From NCBI GenBank assembly GCA_000320545.1, contig ADNK01002545.1, forward strand, positions 1 to 41,926: a stretch of DNA of 41,926 nucleotides. The letters are read 5' to 3'. Position numbers and translations under genes: made by a program. This document shows, piece after piece, positions 1-15,068 of the stretch (its first letter is position 1; the number at the start of each line of letters is the position of its first letter). The notes under the pieces are model-generated. The model did not search any database and was not told where the DNA came from. It was given only the letters and a program-made list of their open reading frames with translations. The DNA comes from Bigelowiella natans CCMP2755 (taxonomy: Eukaryota > Protista > Cercozoa).

Positions 1-82
1 CCCTTTCTATCTCCGAAACAGTCTTACGCCAATGTTTTAAACTTGCGAGTGGAAAATATTATCAGGCAACAAGGCGTTTACT

Positions 83-593
83 TGTAGTAACAGCATTCTC
101 GGGGAAGAAGGGAAAAGTCCTGAAGTCGCGGCGCTCCTCCTCCCTCCGTAATTTGATGTTATGCTCGAGGCGGAGGGGGGGGAGGAGGAGGCGATGTTAC
201 AAAATGTAAGCCAGAGTGAGGCCATTAATACCCAGCTCAGCAGTCGTTGGCTGTTGAATAATTGAAGGGGGGAAGGGTGCAGGCTCAGAATCGAAGGAAT
301 GTAGATAAATACTGGGAGCTAATGCCCTCCGTGTGTGTGTTGGTGTTCAGCCATATAAAATATCACGAAGGTGCATATAGTTCATGCAACTAATGTCGCT
401 GACTTTCTATAAATATTATCATGGATCATCAACAGTATCTCTTGCATTTTCTTTTACCTCGCTACCAACCTGTTTCTTCTAATCTATGCTACATTAAGCA
501 AGCTTATCACCTCGAAGAGCAAGGGGATGGTCTCACCCAAATCGGTGGCCGCTCTCCTTCTCGCCTGTGGCGAAGAAGATGCAGGCCCTGCAT
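83..593 (-). CDS. 5' exons of a spliced gene that probably continues out of the window; N-terminal hydrophobic segment followed by a Ser/Arg-rich stretch (signal + transit-like)
   Basis: ATG near 593 (MQGLHLLRHRREGERPPIWVRPSPCSS), GT donor near 510, AG acceptor near 251, then QRLLSWVLMASLWLTFCNIASSSPPSASSITSNYGGRRSAATSG... to a GT donor near 82. Downstream exons unclear. Confidence 0.35.
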
Positions 594-1678
594 AAACTGC
601 GTCGTGGTCCTTGTGGAATCAATGCCACGCGAGGGGTGTGCTTTGCCGCAGATTCTAGCAATGGCTTTACTTCAATTCAAATCTCCTCCCACCCCGCCGC
701 CTTTCTCAGGGGGCTACCTCTTTGCCGGGGATTATCTGGTATATAGTATAAATCAATTAGAAGAGACTGAGGTATGTTATTAGAAATATTACTTTGTACG
801 TTGGCATGGCGGGGAAAACGGGGGGGGGGAAGGGTACCTTGTTGGCCGGGTTATCAGCACAGGGTAGTTAGGACAGTGGGAAAATAGGTAAAATGAAGTG
901 CTTTAATTATAAAAGACATGATATATTTGAGTAATATGAACCAAAAATAGATCTGAAGACTCGAAATCCAAAATTTTATCTGAAATGGAAGGCTTACTTA
1001 TCTTTGGCTATAGACGTTTAGGATATATCCCGGATAAAATATGTTCTAAAACTAATTTTTTAGCTTCTCGATTTCCTACAAAATGCACAGGGATTTATCC
1101 TAATAACTAGATATTCGTATGATTTAGATGTGAAAATGGGAGATTCAGCGCATAAAATCTATGTTGTGTGTGTTCTGGATTCCGACAAGTCTTAGTAAAA
1201 TAATTGTTAGTAATTTCATCGGTACATATGTCATCAGCATATTTTTCCTAAAATCTATGTCGCAGGAACAAAATTAGTGAATTTAGGTAAACTGCGACTT
1301 CATGGGAGCCCAAAATACCCGAATCTCCGATGCCACTGTGCACAACGTGGATGAAGAATTAGACTAACGACACCAGATATTAACGGTGTTAAAGGATGCA
1401 AAGTCTAGCATCTCCTGCGTTACAAAATATCCGAAAAATAGGCGAGTTTTAGAAATATTTCTATCGGTTTTACCCAAATATTTCCTATATTTTCATCCAA
1501 ATTTAATAGTCGCAACCCGAACTTCCCCATAATCTCCCTACCCCCTCTCTTCGAGAAACGTGAGTTCCTGTGCCGCCCATGTCCCGCCGAGGTTGATCCC
1601 AAAACCTAACGCTTTAACTTCTTGCTTATAATCCCTGCGGTAGCCTACAGTTCGACGGCCATTGAAGGTTTGAGACCT

Positions 1679-2546
1679 ATGCGTGGTGCGTGTATGTCAG
1701 GTGCATTAGCGGTTCAAACCGTCGCCATATTTATGGCCATTCTTCGTCCCTCTGATGGGGCGCTTAGAAGGACTACAGGAATGCGCAAAGGGGCGATATG
1801 CAGAGGCGGGTTGATTCGGAGAATTCAAGCGGCCACTTCGAAGACTATTGGGTGAATATGTGCTCTAAAAAGGGATAGCTAATACATCATCATTGAATGC
1901 AAAATCGATGTTTTGCATCCTATGGTAGGCCCATTCGTGATTTCTTCCCCAATTTCTTGCTCTGTGCAGATTATATCCAAGTCGAATATGGAGTGCGGTG
2001 CCTCTTTCTCCTCGGTCCTCCGCAGAGAGTGGAAAAGAAACTTGGACTCAAACCATGAGGGGGGGCAGAATAAAACGGGGGGCGGGGACGATGAGCTTTA
2101 GGCAAAGTGCCAACCAACGGAGTAGAATATTACAGGTGGTTTGTGCACACAGTCACGCAACCACACACATACAAACACACCAGTTCGTCCAGCGCAAATG
2201 AGAATTAATCCAGTTTTTCCTATTTCTTCAGAGTACTCATTCTTCTTCGAACAACGATGCGTGGGGCTGGGAGGACTACGATCCAGGTATACCGCCTTAG
2301 CTGATAATCAAATTCTAGCCAATTCCATGGGTATTAACTAGGCTTTATTGCCTCACAACGCACACATATCGGTCGTTTTTATATGTCGCAGAGGACGATG
2401 AAGATCGTATGGAGGAGGACATCGATACGGTGAATCGTCGTGTTCCTGATGCTATTCATATGAGATTTGTCACACGCAAATATTACTAAAATGGGTTGTA
2501 TAGCACGCATAGCATCATGCAGATTTTATTGTATTTCTACTATACA

Positions 2547-2593
<47 letters not shown>

Positions 2594-2675
2594 ATAATGT
2601 TATAGGACGCTATTTCCGTTCTAGACGCGGATGGCAGAGAGATTAAGACGCTCCGGTTTCAAAATACGATATATT

Positions 2676-2714
<39 letters not shown>

Positions 2715-3367
2715 ACTAATATTAATATATCATAACGAATGAAAGAGCATAAGCGGGGATAATAATCTATGCAATCTACGTGCCATCTTCCACTTTTCCA
2801 ATCTCTTTCGAGTTTCGCTATGCCTCCCCTCTCGAAAGTTCTTTGTTCTTATTCATTGTAACGTTGGCTTTTACATCTGTACTATCAATCTTAAAACCAA
2901 GTCCATTTTCTTTTTCTAAGTTTCTCCTCTGTTTTCTCACTTGCTCGCCCCCCTGCTCCGCATGCCTGTGGTACATCTTAATTGGCTGCAAAACGCACAA
3001 CACGCCACTGTTTCCCCCCCAGGAAAAAGGGAGATGACGAATTGCTATCATCTACAACGGATGTGTCTCCAATATCAGAGTAGTGTTCTAGTCTATGGAA
3101 TAAACCATGCTTGCGGCCTTTCTAACGAATAGTTTGAATGGATATCCATGACGTTCGGTTGGTCACGATTCTATAGGAAATCCTCCTTGGGCGTCTTGAA
3201 AAGAGCAGGACTGATCAACATCGATGGGCTTGATGATGAAATTTTTGGAGAAGATGTAAAATGGAATTATCTTAGAAACATATCAGCAGCATAGTTTGGC
3301 ATATTCTGTTCAAGTGGCGCATTTGTGTGGAGAGTATACACAACACACACAAACACACGCAGCATAC

Positions 3368-3401
<34 letters not shown>

Positions 3402-3463
3402 AGTTACTCAACGTTGCTTGCTCAATACTTTACTTAAAAGTGCGATAAATATTAATACACGCG

Positions 3464-3495
<32 letters not shown>

Positions 3496-3893
3496 AAATA
3501 CTGAAATGTTTCAGGTGGTTTCATCTGCCCCTGACCTTCAGCATCTTTCAGACAAAATACACCAACAAGGTTGACTATTGTAGTTGCGGTTTATTTGATG
3601 GCGATTGTACTTACGTTACAAAGCTTTCATCATCAAAGACCCATTGCTGATATCAGCGTTTGACCTTCCTTTTATTTTTCATTGCTGTGATATGGTCGCT
3701 TACGGATGTATTGTTGGAACCGTTGTTCCGACGTGCTATATGCGTGTGCGAAGATGCGGTTTTTCCTCTCATTTTAACGATGATTTGACTATATTCGCAT
3801 TCATCATAATTTAGATGAAGAAGAACAACTTCCTTCTTTGCAAGATCTGAAGGACTTCGGTACGGTTTAGCCATGATATATATTATATATTAA

Positions 3894-3933
<40 letters not shown>

Positions 3934-6449
3934 CTAACAAGAGAGTGGAAATCGTGCACTTCCGAATCGTCTAAGCCGCTGTTATCATTGACTATCAGGA
4001 GCGTCTGACTCAATCTTGGAGAAATACGAAGAAGCAAGTAGGGGAGAGCATACGCACGCAATTGCTCGATGAACACTAGATCAAACATAAGAATATATTT
4101 TCTAACACGATTTCTCCCCCCCCCCCCCTCCCTCCTCTCACTTAAGCATTGTCTACTCACTACTACCTCACGCACTCACATACACAAACACACATTCCAT
4201 GCTCAATCACTTGCTGACACGCCAATAACACCGCAATATGATACAGTACAAGACGATAAAAAGCTCAAAGAAGGTAGCAGCCAAGAGCCATATTCCATCG
4301 CACTCAGACGCCGAGAAATAGACGCAAAATCCCAAAACAAGCGAAGCGCACAAACCTGCCTTCTAAGCAAAACACGTCTCTCCCCACGAGTGCTGACCTC
4401 TCTCACCCAAACGAATGCATATTTAAACGCCAATGAGGCGGAGTAAATGTGCTGATGAGCTATAAATTGCATACACCACTTATAGGTGGGTTAGCAGCAG
4501 CAGCCGGCATTAAAGAAGGAGGCGCTTTAGACAAGGTACTAATCATTTGTATTGATGTTATTCTTCACATCTTACGGTGTTGCGGGCTGTGTAAGCAATA
4601 GCAGCGACAAGGCATGAATCGACTCACGTGTTGGTTTAGATGCACAGAGCTCCTATGCGATTGATTGCATGTTATAACGGGAAACTTTCAATTGCGGCTT
4701 GGTGTGTGTATCTGCCCTCTGAGATTCTTTCTCTCATTTCGCAGCTATTGGACGAGATCGTAGAGCAGGACAGAAGGTATCCCGGAGAAGGGAAAAAAGA
4801 ACAATGAATCCCCATGCTGTTCAAATCACCGAGAAGTGTCATCCTACCCTCCCTCTGTCTGTTTGCGTATCCATCAACGCTATGGCATTGCCGATTTAAT
4901 ATCATCGTTCGAAACGATGCTCAATGCCATCACCGTTTGCCACTGTTACTTCTTAGACGGCAAACGGCAAGAGAGGAAGAGAACAACAACACCGAAGACG
5001 AATTCGTAAGGATTGAATATTTACTATATTGTGTGAAGAAGTGCTGCTGCATAGCGCCGAGTCGATTTTCCCTAGCAAAATCACATTGAGCCCATCAATA
5101 TGACACCTTAGATGTCATCTACACCACGAAATTCCGATGAAACCAACATGCAAATAGGGTCGTTCTTGCATTGGTGAAATCGTGTTGCTTCCGTGCTATG
5201 TTTCTTCAGGATGTTTTTCGAGAGCTCCAGCCAGAAACACAGGATTACCTCCAGGCAATGACTTCCAACGCGATTAGTTTCAATGAGCACCGCTCTTCAT
5301 TTCCACAGTGCGAAGGGAAAGTGAATGATTGGATGTGTTTCACTGTTTTATATTCTATAGAGTCCTCAAGATGAGCTTGACAGGGAAATCGCCCAGTTTA
5401 AAGCCAAGGTCGTTGAAGCGGAGCGGATTGCTTCTCGAAATCGCGTATCAATAACATAGATGGAATGGTGCAGATGCGGATGATGGTGGGGTTGACGAAA
5501 AACCGTGGATCAGAACTAGTCCCAAATCTAAAATCATTCATACCATTTATTGATTACGTCTACCACATCCCTTGTACTTATAGGCTAAAAACCCCGACGG
5601 CGACGGGGATATTAGGTATCTTGTACACTTCTACCACTTCGAATAGAAAACACGCAGTGGGGCAGCACTCACTCCGCAGAGGAATGCATAATCGTCTTTT
5701 AATTTTCTCAATGCAACCAGGTTTGTTGATTCCTCTCTTGTAGAGGACGGCCGAGAAGAAGGCGAAGGCGCTCCCAGGGACAACACGTCATCTCTTACAC
5801 ATGAAGTCAGTGATGAACAATACCGATGATAATTGGCCGAGAGCTTCATATATCAAGTTTTCGTGTTTTCGAAATTCTCTTTCGAAAGTTTCCGCACGCA
5901 AAGCTACACATAAGTACACATGCGCACACGCTCTTACACACACACACGAGCACACACATAGATCACGCCCTCACACTGATAAAAAAAATCGGGCCCTTTG
6001 TAAGTGTTATGCTCGGGCATCATTTGTCCTAAATTCTTTACAAAAAATACTAAGTACCCATATGTGCTGCTTGTCTGCTGCCTCTAGAACGATGCTTTCA
6101 AGGAAATGCTTCAGGAGCGCAGCATTGAAGAGTCGATGCAAAGCGCGGAGTTCCAGAAAAGGTGTGTTTACTCTCCCCTCCGCGTTAAAAACAAAGAATC
6201 CCTGAATAATACATTGTGCCAAGTGGCCCTGCGGTAGAGAACACTAGTCATATCCTTCCTAATTTGCATTGCCCCTTCACTGGGATTGCGAGGATCGATT
6301 CAGTGCTTAATTGCGGTTTGATTCTTTTGGTATTCTGTATGCGGACTAACACAGACTAATGGACAACTTTGACTTCGATGACGATATCTCACCGGTGAGC
6401 ATAGCTGAGCATATAATCGTGCATGTGCGGCAATGTATGGCTGTGTGTG

Positions 6450-6488
<39 letters not shown>

Positions 6489-7441
6489 GTGTCTCTGTGT
6501 GTGTGAGTGTGTGTGGGTGAGAAAGGAAGAAATGAATCGTAGGCATTCAGGATATTTACTTAAACTTAAAAAACTGTATCATATGTGTTTTATTTTGGTC
6601 GCTACAAAGGAGGAGGAAGATCTCCTATTTGCCGACGACGAGGAGGGTTCTGGGGTATATTCCATTTTTTGACGATTACTAAGTGATGCCATTCCATTGC
6701 AAATAGCATATATGCACGCTAGTAGCTACCAAGAGTGCGGAGAGACCGTGTTTAACCACTCATCCAACGTTCCCTTCTTTGCCCTCCTTGCTGCTACATT
6801 TAGATTGACGACTTCGTCGAGAAAATATGGGTACTTTCATCAACAATCCTTTCACCAACGATGATGCTCTCCCTCTTACTCGCTGCATGCTAATAGCACA
6901 TTGTTTTTGTTCCAAAGTCCCCGCAAGTTGGAGATTGGGTGACGATTTCCGGCCTGGCAAAAGCTACGCAATACAACAATATGACCGGTAAAAGTCCTTG
7001 CGCAGTGCGGTTGTTTACTATAGTCAGGTATACAATAGTCTTGATCGAGCGATGTTTCTACTCGTCAGGTCAAATTATGGCAAATGGAACCGTTTTCCTT
7101 AATGGCACATCGCGGCGCGTGTCGCAAGGTATATATGCGCGCGAAAACGCCCTCTGCTCGGGGTTTTTTTTAGACTAGTTTGCTATGCAGGACACATCGT
7201 ATCTTCGCCCTTTACACACGTGCATGTGCGGTTTTGACTTGCAAACGCTGCTATTTGTTATCTACGGTGAATGCAGAGGAAGAAGCGGTGGCCGGCACCG
7301 AGGAAGAACGCTTTACAATACAGCTCACTGATGGTAGTAATTGTCACATCTAATCTTGCGAGCTGTTATATGTAGCCTTTATTTTCATAACACTGCGAGT
7401 TTTGGAAAGGCCATACGTTAGTAGGCTATGTAATGTATATA

Positions 7442-7480
<39 letters not shown>

Positions 7481-8647
7481 TCACATTATGTATATCATTA
7501 TTTATATATGCTGCACACTTTTGTGCGTATTTTTTTTACTTTGCGTTGTGTTTATAGGCAAGAGGCTGTCTGTCAAAAGGAGGAATATTGAGTTGGCAAT
7601 TGACCCAGAGAAGGTCGCGAAGTTGCCATTTCGCACACTGCTACAGCATTGATTATCCCAACGACTCTGATATATAGAACATGGGTGGTAGTTGTGTAGA
7701 TTCTGCTACTGATATTCCTACAATCCAATTCGTGCGATGATGATACTGTGGGTTTTGATTCAACCAATACAAAAGGCGAAGCGCGAGGAAGAGGAGAGAG
7801 AACTGAGAAAAATCGCTGAAAAGTACAATATATGCATACTACAACTCGAATTTTTATATATTGTGTGTGTTTGCTATACGCATGGTTTCACTCGAGTCTA
7901 GTCTCCATCAAGCGCTGAGATGGTGTTTGACAATGGCATGATTGCATTCTTTATGTGGTTTGCCTATGTTGGTAGGTATTTTCAGATATTTGCTACTGCG
8001 GGGGCCAAATTAGAGGAAAAAATTGTGGAGGTCTGTACGATTTTGCATATGTTCTCGATACATCTTGGATGAATCAAAAATGCATGTCGTAGATAAAATA
8101 TATCGCTATCAGCATTATAAACACACACACACACACACACATGAAATTGTTATTATTTATATTTATTCATCTCTTGGTTTTTAAGTTAACATCGTACCTA
8201 TCTTGCAGCATGACGCTTTCATAGACGCCACATTGCTCAAACTAATTGAAAATCGCATCGAAACCGAAGAGCTGCAGAGCTCGGTATGCTTTACCATGCA
8301 CGTTCATATTGCGTCTCTATTCATCATTTTTTCCAAAATGGAACACAAGCGCTAACGTTCACTGGCGCTCTCATCGAGATACAAATTATATTTTATCAAA
8401 GACCGTGGATATTTAACGAGTAGTGTGTTCTTTATAGCCGGATATGAAGGCTGTCAATGGCCTCAAGCTACTGCTGAAGCGCCTCAAAAAGGTCGCGCAT
8501 AGGAAGACCATGATGCTATGGTTTTGGTGGGAATGTCTTAAATACATACAACAAGCATAAACAAGTATTTATAGAGATAAATACTCTTAGATTCTCACCT
8601 AAATACACAAGTACACACATAAACAGAAACATCGTGTGTTGTGTATT

Positions 8648-8725
<78 letters not shown>

Positions 8726-9239
8726 CGTGCGTGTTTAGGTCTTGGATCGCCGAAATGCGACACCTTCTCTAAGGTAATATAACGCTCATCACTCGTCGCG
8801 ACTAGCCATGCCTAAAGAAGAGAGATTTTGCAGCAGCAGCCTACTGATTTGCCAAAACGAATTGCTGCGAAACATGCCTTATAATGCTCGAGAGGCGCCC
8901 CGAGTAGAAGCTATTCCCTTGCCAAAAGCGAGAGTTTTTTGTAATTTACCAAACGGCTAACATTGCGGTAGAGTCGATAGCATGGTAAGTAAGCACGTGT
9001 CTCTCCCCTCCCACAGGCTATTAGACGATTGTATGGCCTTGTTCTCCTTTTCGGGGGACTTTGCACAGCCGCTTGGAGCACGCTTCTACGATGAAGTGGA
9101 CGAGAACGCGGTGCAAGATCAGATAAAAGCCAAGTCGGTTATTGTGCACATGATTCTTTTAACATTGCCTTTCTTTGCAAGCGCCGCCAATGTCTTTTGA
9201 GACAAACGATTTTCGAGAGCGAGCGCGCGTGAGCAAGAG

Positions 9240-9285
<46 letters not shown>

Positions 9286-9286
9286 C

Positions 9287-9317
<31 letters not shown>

Positions 9318-9930
9318 AGAAAGAGAGCATGGGGAGGGGGGGGGGGTTTGACTCTCACGCGCATCTATCTTTCCATACATTATAGTATATTTTATTTTGA
9401 AAAAGAACAACTGATGCGAATATATCCTCATTTGGGAATCATCGAGATGTAACGTTTGTTGTATCTTAACGGTGATGTTGGTGTATACGCAGATTGCGTG
9501 TGGCGTTCTTCGGGGCGGAGGAGATCGATAGATCATTAGGGTATTAGGCCTTCTTGCTGCAATTAATCTTAAAAGCTGTAAAACACCGTGGTTTGAGCGC
9601 TGTTACAATCTGCATTTTGAGTATCATATATAAGATACAATTGCGTATATTACGCAGTATAGAGTATATGGTTGTTAGTATCTATATCTGTTAATATTCA
9701 ACTATGCAATGTATACATATTATAAATATTTATATATATATATATATAATGTATTATATAAATGTTTCATTAAAATCGTTTATCGCTGTCGCAATTCAAA
9801 TGGTGTTTTTAATGAATTTTAAAGGGGGTCGGGGGACTTGCTCAGCTTAGCCTCCGTGAGAAAGATTCAAATATTGATTATAATAAATGAATTGCAAAAT
9901 ATAATGCTACTCATATAATATTATATACAC

Positions 9931-9971
<41 letters not shown>

Positions 9972-9992
9972 TATATGTTAGTGTATATATTA

Positions 9993-10057
<65 letters not shown>

Positions 10058-10518
10058 CGTTCTTTCCTCTATTTCTCTATTTATCTGCAGCATTTTATTG
10101 TTACGGTGAAGTTATTGTAAAGGGTATGAATATGGCACTAGTATTTGCCATAATATGAATGCAATTTCATGCAGGTGATAAGCACTAATACTGGTCAAAA
10201 GATGGTTAAAGAGATGTAATATCCGAAATGAATATACTCTGCATGTGTACTACATGTTGGGAGTCATTGGGAAAGATGCTGTTGTTGATTATAAGTGCGT
10301 ATATTTTTGTAGAATATGTAGTAGTGTAGTTGATATATTTCAATCGTAATACCGGTGTGCGTTGGATTTGTGTTAGTTTTGTTTTTGGTATTTGAATGCT
10401 GGTGGTTATGTTCCCATTGCTGATGTCGGTTTCACGCAGATTCAATCGTCAAATAAATCCTGAGACGTTTATGGACGAAGTTGCGGATGTAGTGAAGGTT
10501 GGGGCACGAGACGTCTAG

Positions 10519-10557
<39 letters not shown>

Positions 10558-10729
10558 TCTGCTTTTGTTTGTTTTGTGGATATTGCAAAGTTGGCCAACG
10601 TGCATGGATATGTGGATGTGTATATGTGTGTGTTTGCGTGATTTTTTCTTGCAAGGTATTGAATCTATGTAGATAGTAAGTTTGGTTTTATTCGATTCCC
10701 TCTCTGTCTCTCTCTCTTTCTCTCTATTT

Positions 10730-10771
<42 letters not shown>

Positions 10772-11094
10772 TTCTGTCTCTGTCTCTTTCTCTCAGCCTG
10801 AGTATATCCTTCGATGATGACAGATGGTACTCTTACTACTGACGACTATGCATATAACCCGCCTCTCTCTTGTATCTTCAGGTTGCAAAGTCAGAACAGG
10901 ACAAGTTGAAGGAGCTCTTGCAGCAAATAGATGTGCGTAGTGCTGGATTATGCTCATCGATAGCAAAAAAAACATGCAAAATGAAAGCGGTTTAGACATT
11001 AAAGAACTAACACATACGAGAAGTAACACTGAATTGCCGAGGTGTAGTCTATGACGAAGCGATTGATAGAAATTTTGGCCTTACAAAAGGCTAG
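1679..11094 (+). CDS. Multi-exon (>20 exons) PALE CRESS (PAC)-like, probably plastid-targeted protein
   Basis: Chain of AG..GT-bounded exons. N-terminus MRGACMSGALAVQTVAIFMAILRPSDGALRRTTG (signal peptide + Arg-rich transit-like region), acidic middle, then at 7.77-9.13 kb EEEERELRKIAEKYFQIFATAGAKLEEKIVEHDAFIDATLLKLIENRIETEELQSSPDMKAVNGLKLLLKRLKKVLDRRNATPSLRLLDDCMALF, which resembles the conserved core of plant PAC (LDLLYRRVETEILKRQASPAMKLLNDLL) as I recall it. Last exon and stop uncertain. Confidence 0.65.
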
Positions 11095-11197
11095 GGTATG
11101 ACTCTAATGTTGGTGACTTGGTGATAGGCGGAAATGAGGACGCATTCCAGTAGCCTTACTTCAATCCAAATGGGGTTTATATTGATATCATATATTT

Positions 11198-11267
<70 letters not shown>

Positions 11268-13345
11268 ATGCAATAGTCAGAACACCTCTCCATATGCATG
11301 TATTTGAGGTGGATTGCTATGCGCGCCATGGTTTAACAATTGACGCAAACGGCAAAAACTTGTAGACGCTGCTTATACCTGTGTTGTATCTGATTATACA
11401 TGTGCTATTGTAATCAGGAAAGTGAGGAATACACGAATGGAAATCGTGTCGGAGATCGACGAGAGAAAGTACTTTTGCTACAAGAAATGCATTGAACATA
11501 ACTTCTACTATAACCGTGCTAGCGTGTATCAGTAGCTTCTTCTTCTAAAATGTCTTCGTCAGTCACACAATCGACAGCACCCATACCAACTAACAATCAC
11601 ATTCGAAACAGACGAGTAATGGAATCAGTGGCAAAGGTTCTAAGTGCAGCTGAAGATATCCGGTAAACACCGTCAATACACTAACCTAGTCGTTTTCATG
11701 AAGCCATCCTCTCAAACCTGATACTTGGGTATTTTATTTGCTGCCAATCCACAACGATTACGATAAGGGTTGAGGCCGATTCGATTATGTAAAGTTTGAC
11801 AAACAGATCAGCTGGTGATGCGGAGGCCATTCTAGCATATCCGCAGTGCGAATATCGCTAAGTGATTGTAACGTACTTTTAATCGAGCATAAGCGGTCGG
11901 CGACAACACGTCGGGTGGCGATTTTGCTAATTTAGTAGTAGTTCAGATCTTATTGCTTATGTGAAATTGAATGTGCACATGCTAGCATGTGCACTACATG
12001 CGGGCTTTAATTAAAAACTACGCCTTTGAAATTGAGCATTTTTGTGCTCGCCCGAAGCTATTCACTGCATATATTTCGTTTGTTAGCAGCCGCATCCACA
12101 TCAATGAGGGTAGTATAGATTCCGAGTAGTTTGCAATGGGTGCGCTTACGTGCGGCGTAATGCTGTGTCTATTATCGTAATAAAGTACACCTAACTCGCA
12201 TATTAATTTATCTGCAATGCGCCGCAATGCCACGTCGATGCGTCCAGACACTTTCGCTAATCAGATCACGATCGATCCTCGATACTAGCATGCGTGCATT
12301 TTGCGTTAATGGTAATTACTTTAGCTATTTGACCAAGCTTTCAGGTGCACGCATATGTGCAGCGCACAAATGTTGTGGATTGACTGAAACACGTCTAAAT
12401 CGGAATACGTGTGGCCATCTTTGCTAGCTTACATGCATTGTCTAACAAAAATGCGGTTGTGTGCGTGTAGCATGCAAGCGTACCAAAATAATTGGAAAAA
12501 CATTTAGCTGCTCATCTTAGCGATGGATTTACTAAAAACACGTTCGTAAAAACAAGCGATCATGTAATTCGAAACGACACTGGAAATGCAAATCACTGCA
12601 ACTACTGGGCCAAGGTTCGATCGATCATTGCTTCATATTCCTTCTTCATTTGGTATTTGTGTACCACTACACAACAGCCGTTTGACCTGACAAGGAGCAG
12701 AAATAAATCTAACAAAACAAAGGTTAACGCATCCTGTTGTTGTCGTAGGAGGTACCGAGGAATATGCAGGATTATGGCGGTCTAAACGGCACTTTTTCAC
12801 TGTTCGTTGTATAGCAAAACTATCAGCATCAAGATGCAGACACAAAGGAATATAATGTGCAACGCTATTGGCGGAGGGAATGCATAAAGCTGTTAGTTTC
12901 ACTTCGTTCTTGTATATGTTAGAACTATGATTTAGTAGCCTGGTAGTATAAAAACCTGCGTGTATAGTAGCTTCTAGCCAGTCCCTCGTTTCCCTACCAA
13001 AAGTAAGGACAAAACAATTTTCTCACTTATTTCACAACACTTTCACAACACTTTCGGATCTTAAAAAGCCAGGCTATTTTCCATCTTCGACTCTACATGC
13101 AGTACTGCTTCTTCTTCCTTGCACACGCACGCGTTTTGTTATACCCAGCTTTCAACGTGCCGAGCACCTTAGCAGCGCCAACAGCAACCCTGTTTGGTCA
13201 AATCAATAGTAGCGACTTTAATCATACTCTCAAATGAGTCAACCTCCGCATGCTACTACAAACTGCCAGAAACAACACAAACGTGCGTAAACACAAACAA
13301 ACACACACAAACACATAGAGCAAGCAAGCGAGAGAGAAAGAGAGA

Positions 13346-13379
<34 letters not shown>

Positions 13380-15019
13380 CTTCCAAGCGATACGACCGAT
13401 ACGGCATTTTACGCGGAAAAATTAGCATCGCCTACGATTGGCCACAACACCGACTTTCGCGCAGTGGAGCGCGGGATCTGCAGATGCTCCTCAATCGAAT
13501 GAAAAGCAAACCTACCGAACAAAGCTCATCAATGGCGACGGGCATACAAACGGGGGATGGAAGTGGAAATAACGATGGGCTCAACTGCGCTTTAGAGCCG
13601 CTGAACAAGCAACACAACACAGAGAGCATCACCCACAGCTACCTCGCTTTGCGCTTGCGTCTTCGACCCAATGCTAGTAGTTAAGAGAGATGTGGAGAGG
13701 ATTAGCGACGGTTTGTCTCTCCCCTTTCTCTTCTCGCATCACTATTTATTACAATCGCTAATGGGGGATCTGAATACTACACTGATATCTTGGATCTCCA
13801 TCCTCGCTCTCTCTCGCTTGTCGCTACCTTTGGCCGTCGAGTCAAATAACCCCCACCATTTCAAATACAATCGCACGAGCTCCGGGGAAGTTCTGTGTTT
13901 TGAGCACAGGCAGATAGCAACCCCAAATCATCCTTACTGTATATATAATAGTAAGAAAGCTTGCTTTTGCTGCAAATACCCCCCCCCTCCCTACCGCCTT
14001 TAGCTATCATCCGTCCAGCATCTTCCTCCAAATTCGCGTGCTTCTCACTCTCTATAACCTTTCGAGTTGTAGAGCTTTGCCCAAGGGAAGGTACTCTTCT
14101 GTGCGAACATCATCAAACAAAACGCATATGCATAGCTTCATGAAATAGCACTGATGATTGCATACTGAATCGACTTTTTGCGCGTGATCTACCGCAAGCA
14201 AACGCAATTTCCCTCACGGCAATCCGGGTAAGATGGTGCATGATGCTCCTTGAAACACGAACTAAGATACGTACCCTTTGGCTGATTGGTTGCCCTTGTT
14301 AGCTGCTCTTGTTTCCATCTAGATCCCCAGCAGATATGCCATTACACAAGCAACCGAAAATAACAGTACGAGTTAAGTATATCCACGAGCTTCTCTAGTC
14401 TCTTTCTCTATTTATCCCCCCCCCCAACCCTCCCCCCCACTCCCTATCTCTCTCTCAAAACAAAAACTAAAATCAGCCCCAAAAGGGGGGGGGAAAAGTA
14501 CAGCGTAAAAATTGATGCACAACATCTAGTAAGTCATCGTTGTTACGTCAAGATACACGAAGACACACGACCTTGGGAGGAGAGAGTACAGCGATGGGAA
14601 ACTGGAGAATATGCTGACACTGCTTTGAGGTCGGAAAGGGGCAATCACGACTCGAGGCCTTCGTTTCGTCGTACAGATATCAACAAAGCAGCCAAAGCCA
14701 TATTTTACACGCAATTAGTTTCGATAAGAGTTTAACTTTGAGAACGTGCGGGTTACAATCATGGATGATCCAACGAACGATGGCGCGTGTGTTTCCAAAG
14801 TGCAGGCATTGTACTTATTCTTTAAGTGCTCGAGATCCTCTCTGGCTAGCGTCCACGGACGTATCTGCAGCATCGGTGATCATATGCATACGAAATTGAT
14901 TAGTATAGTATCTAAATTTCATTATTGTATATTAAATTTTCATAATATCCTTCTTGTACTGACCCCATTGAATGCCAGAGCACGCGTTTTTGACAACCTT
15001 TAACCCAATACGCAATCAT

Positions 15020-15068
<49 letters not shown>

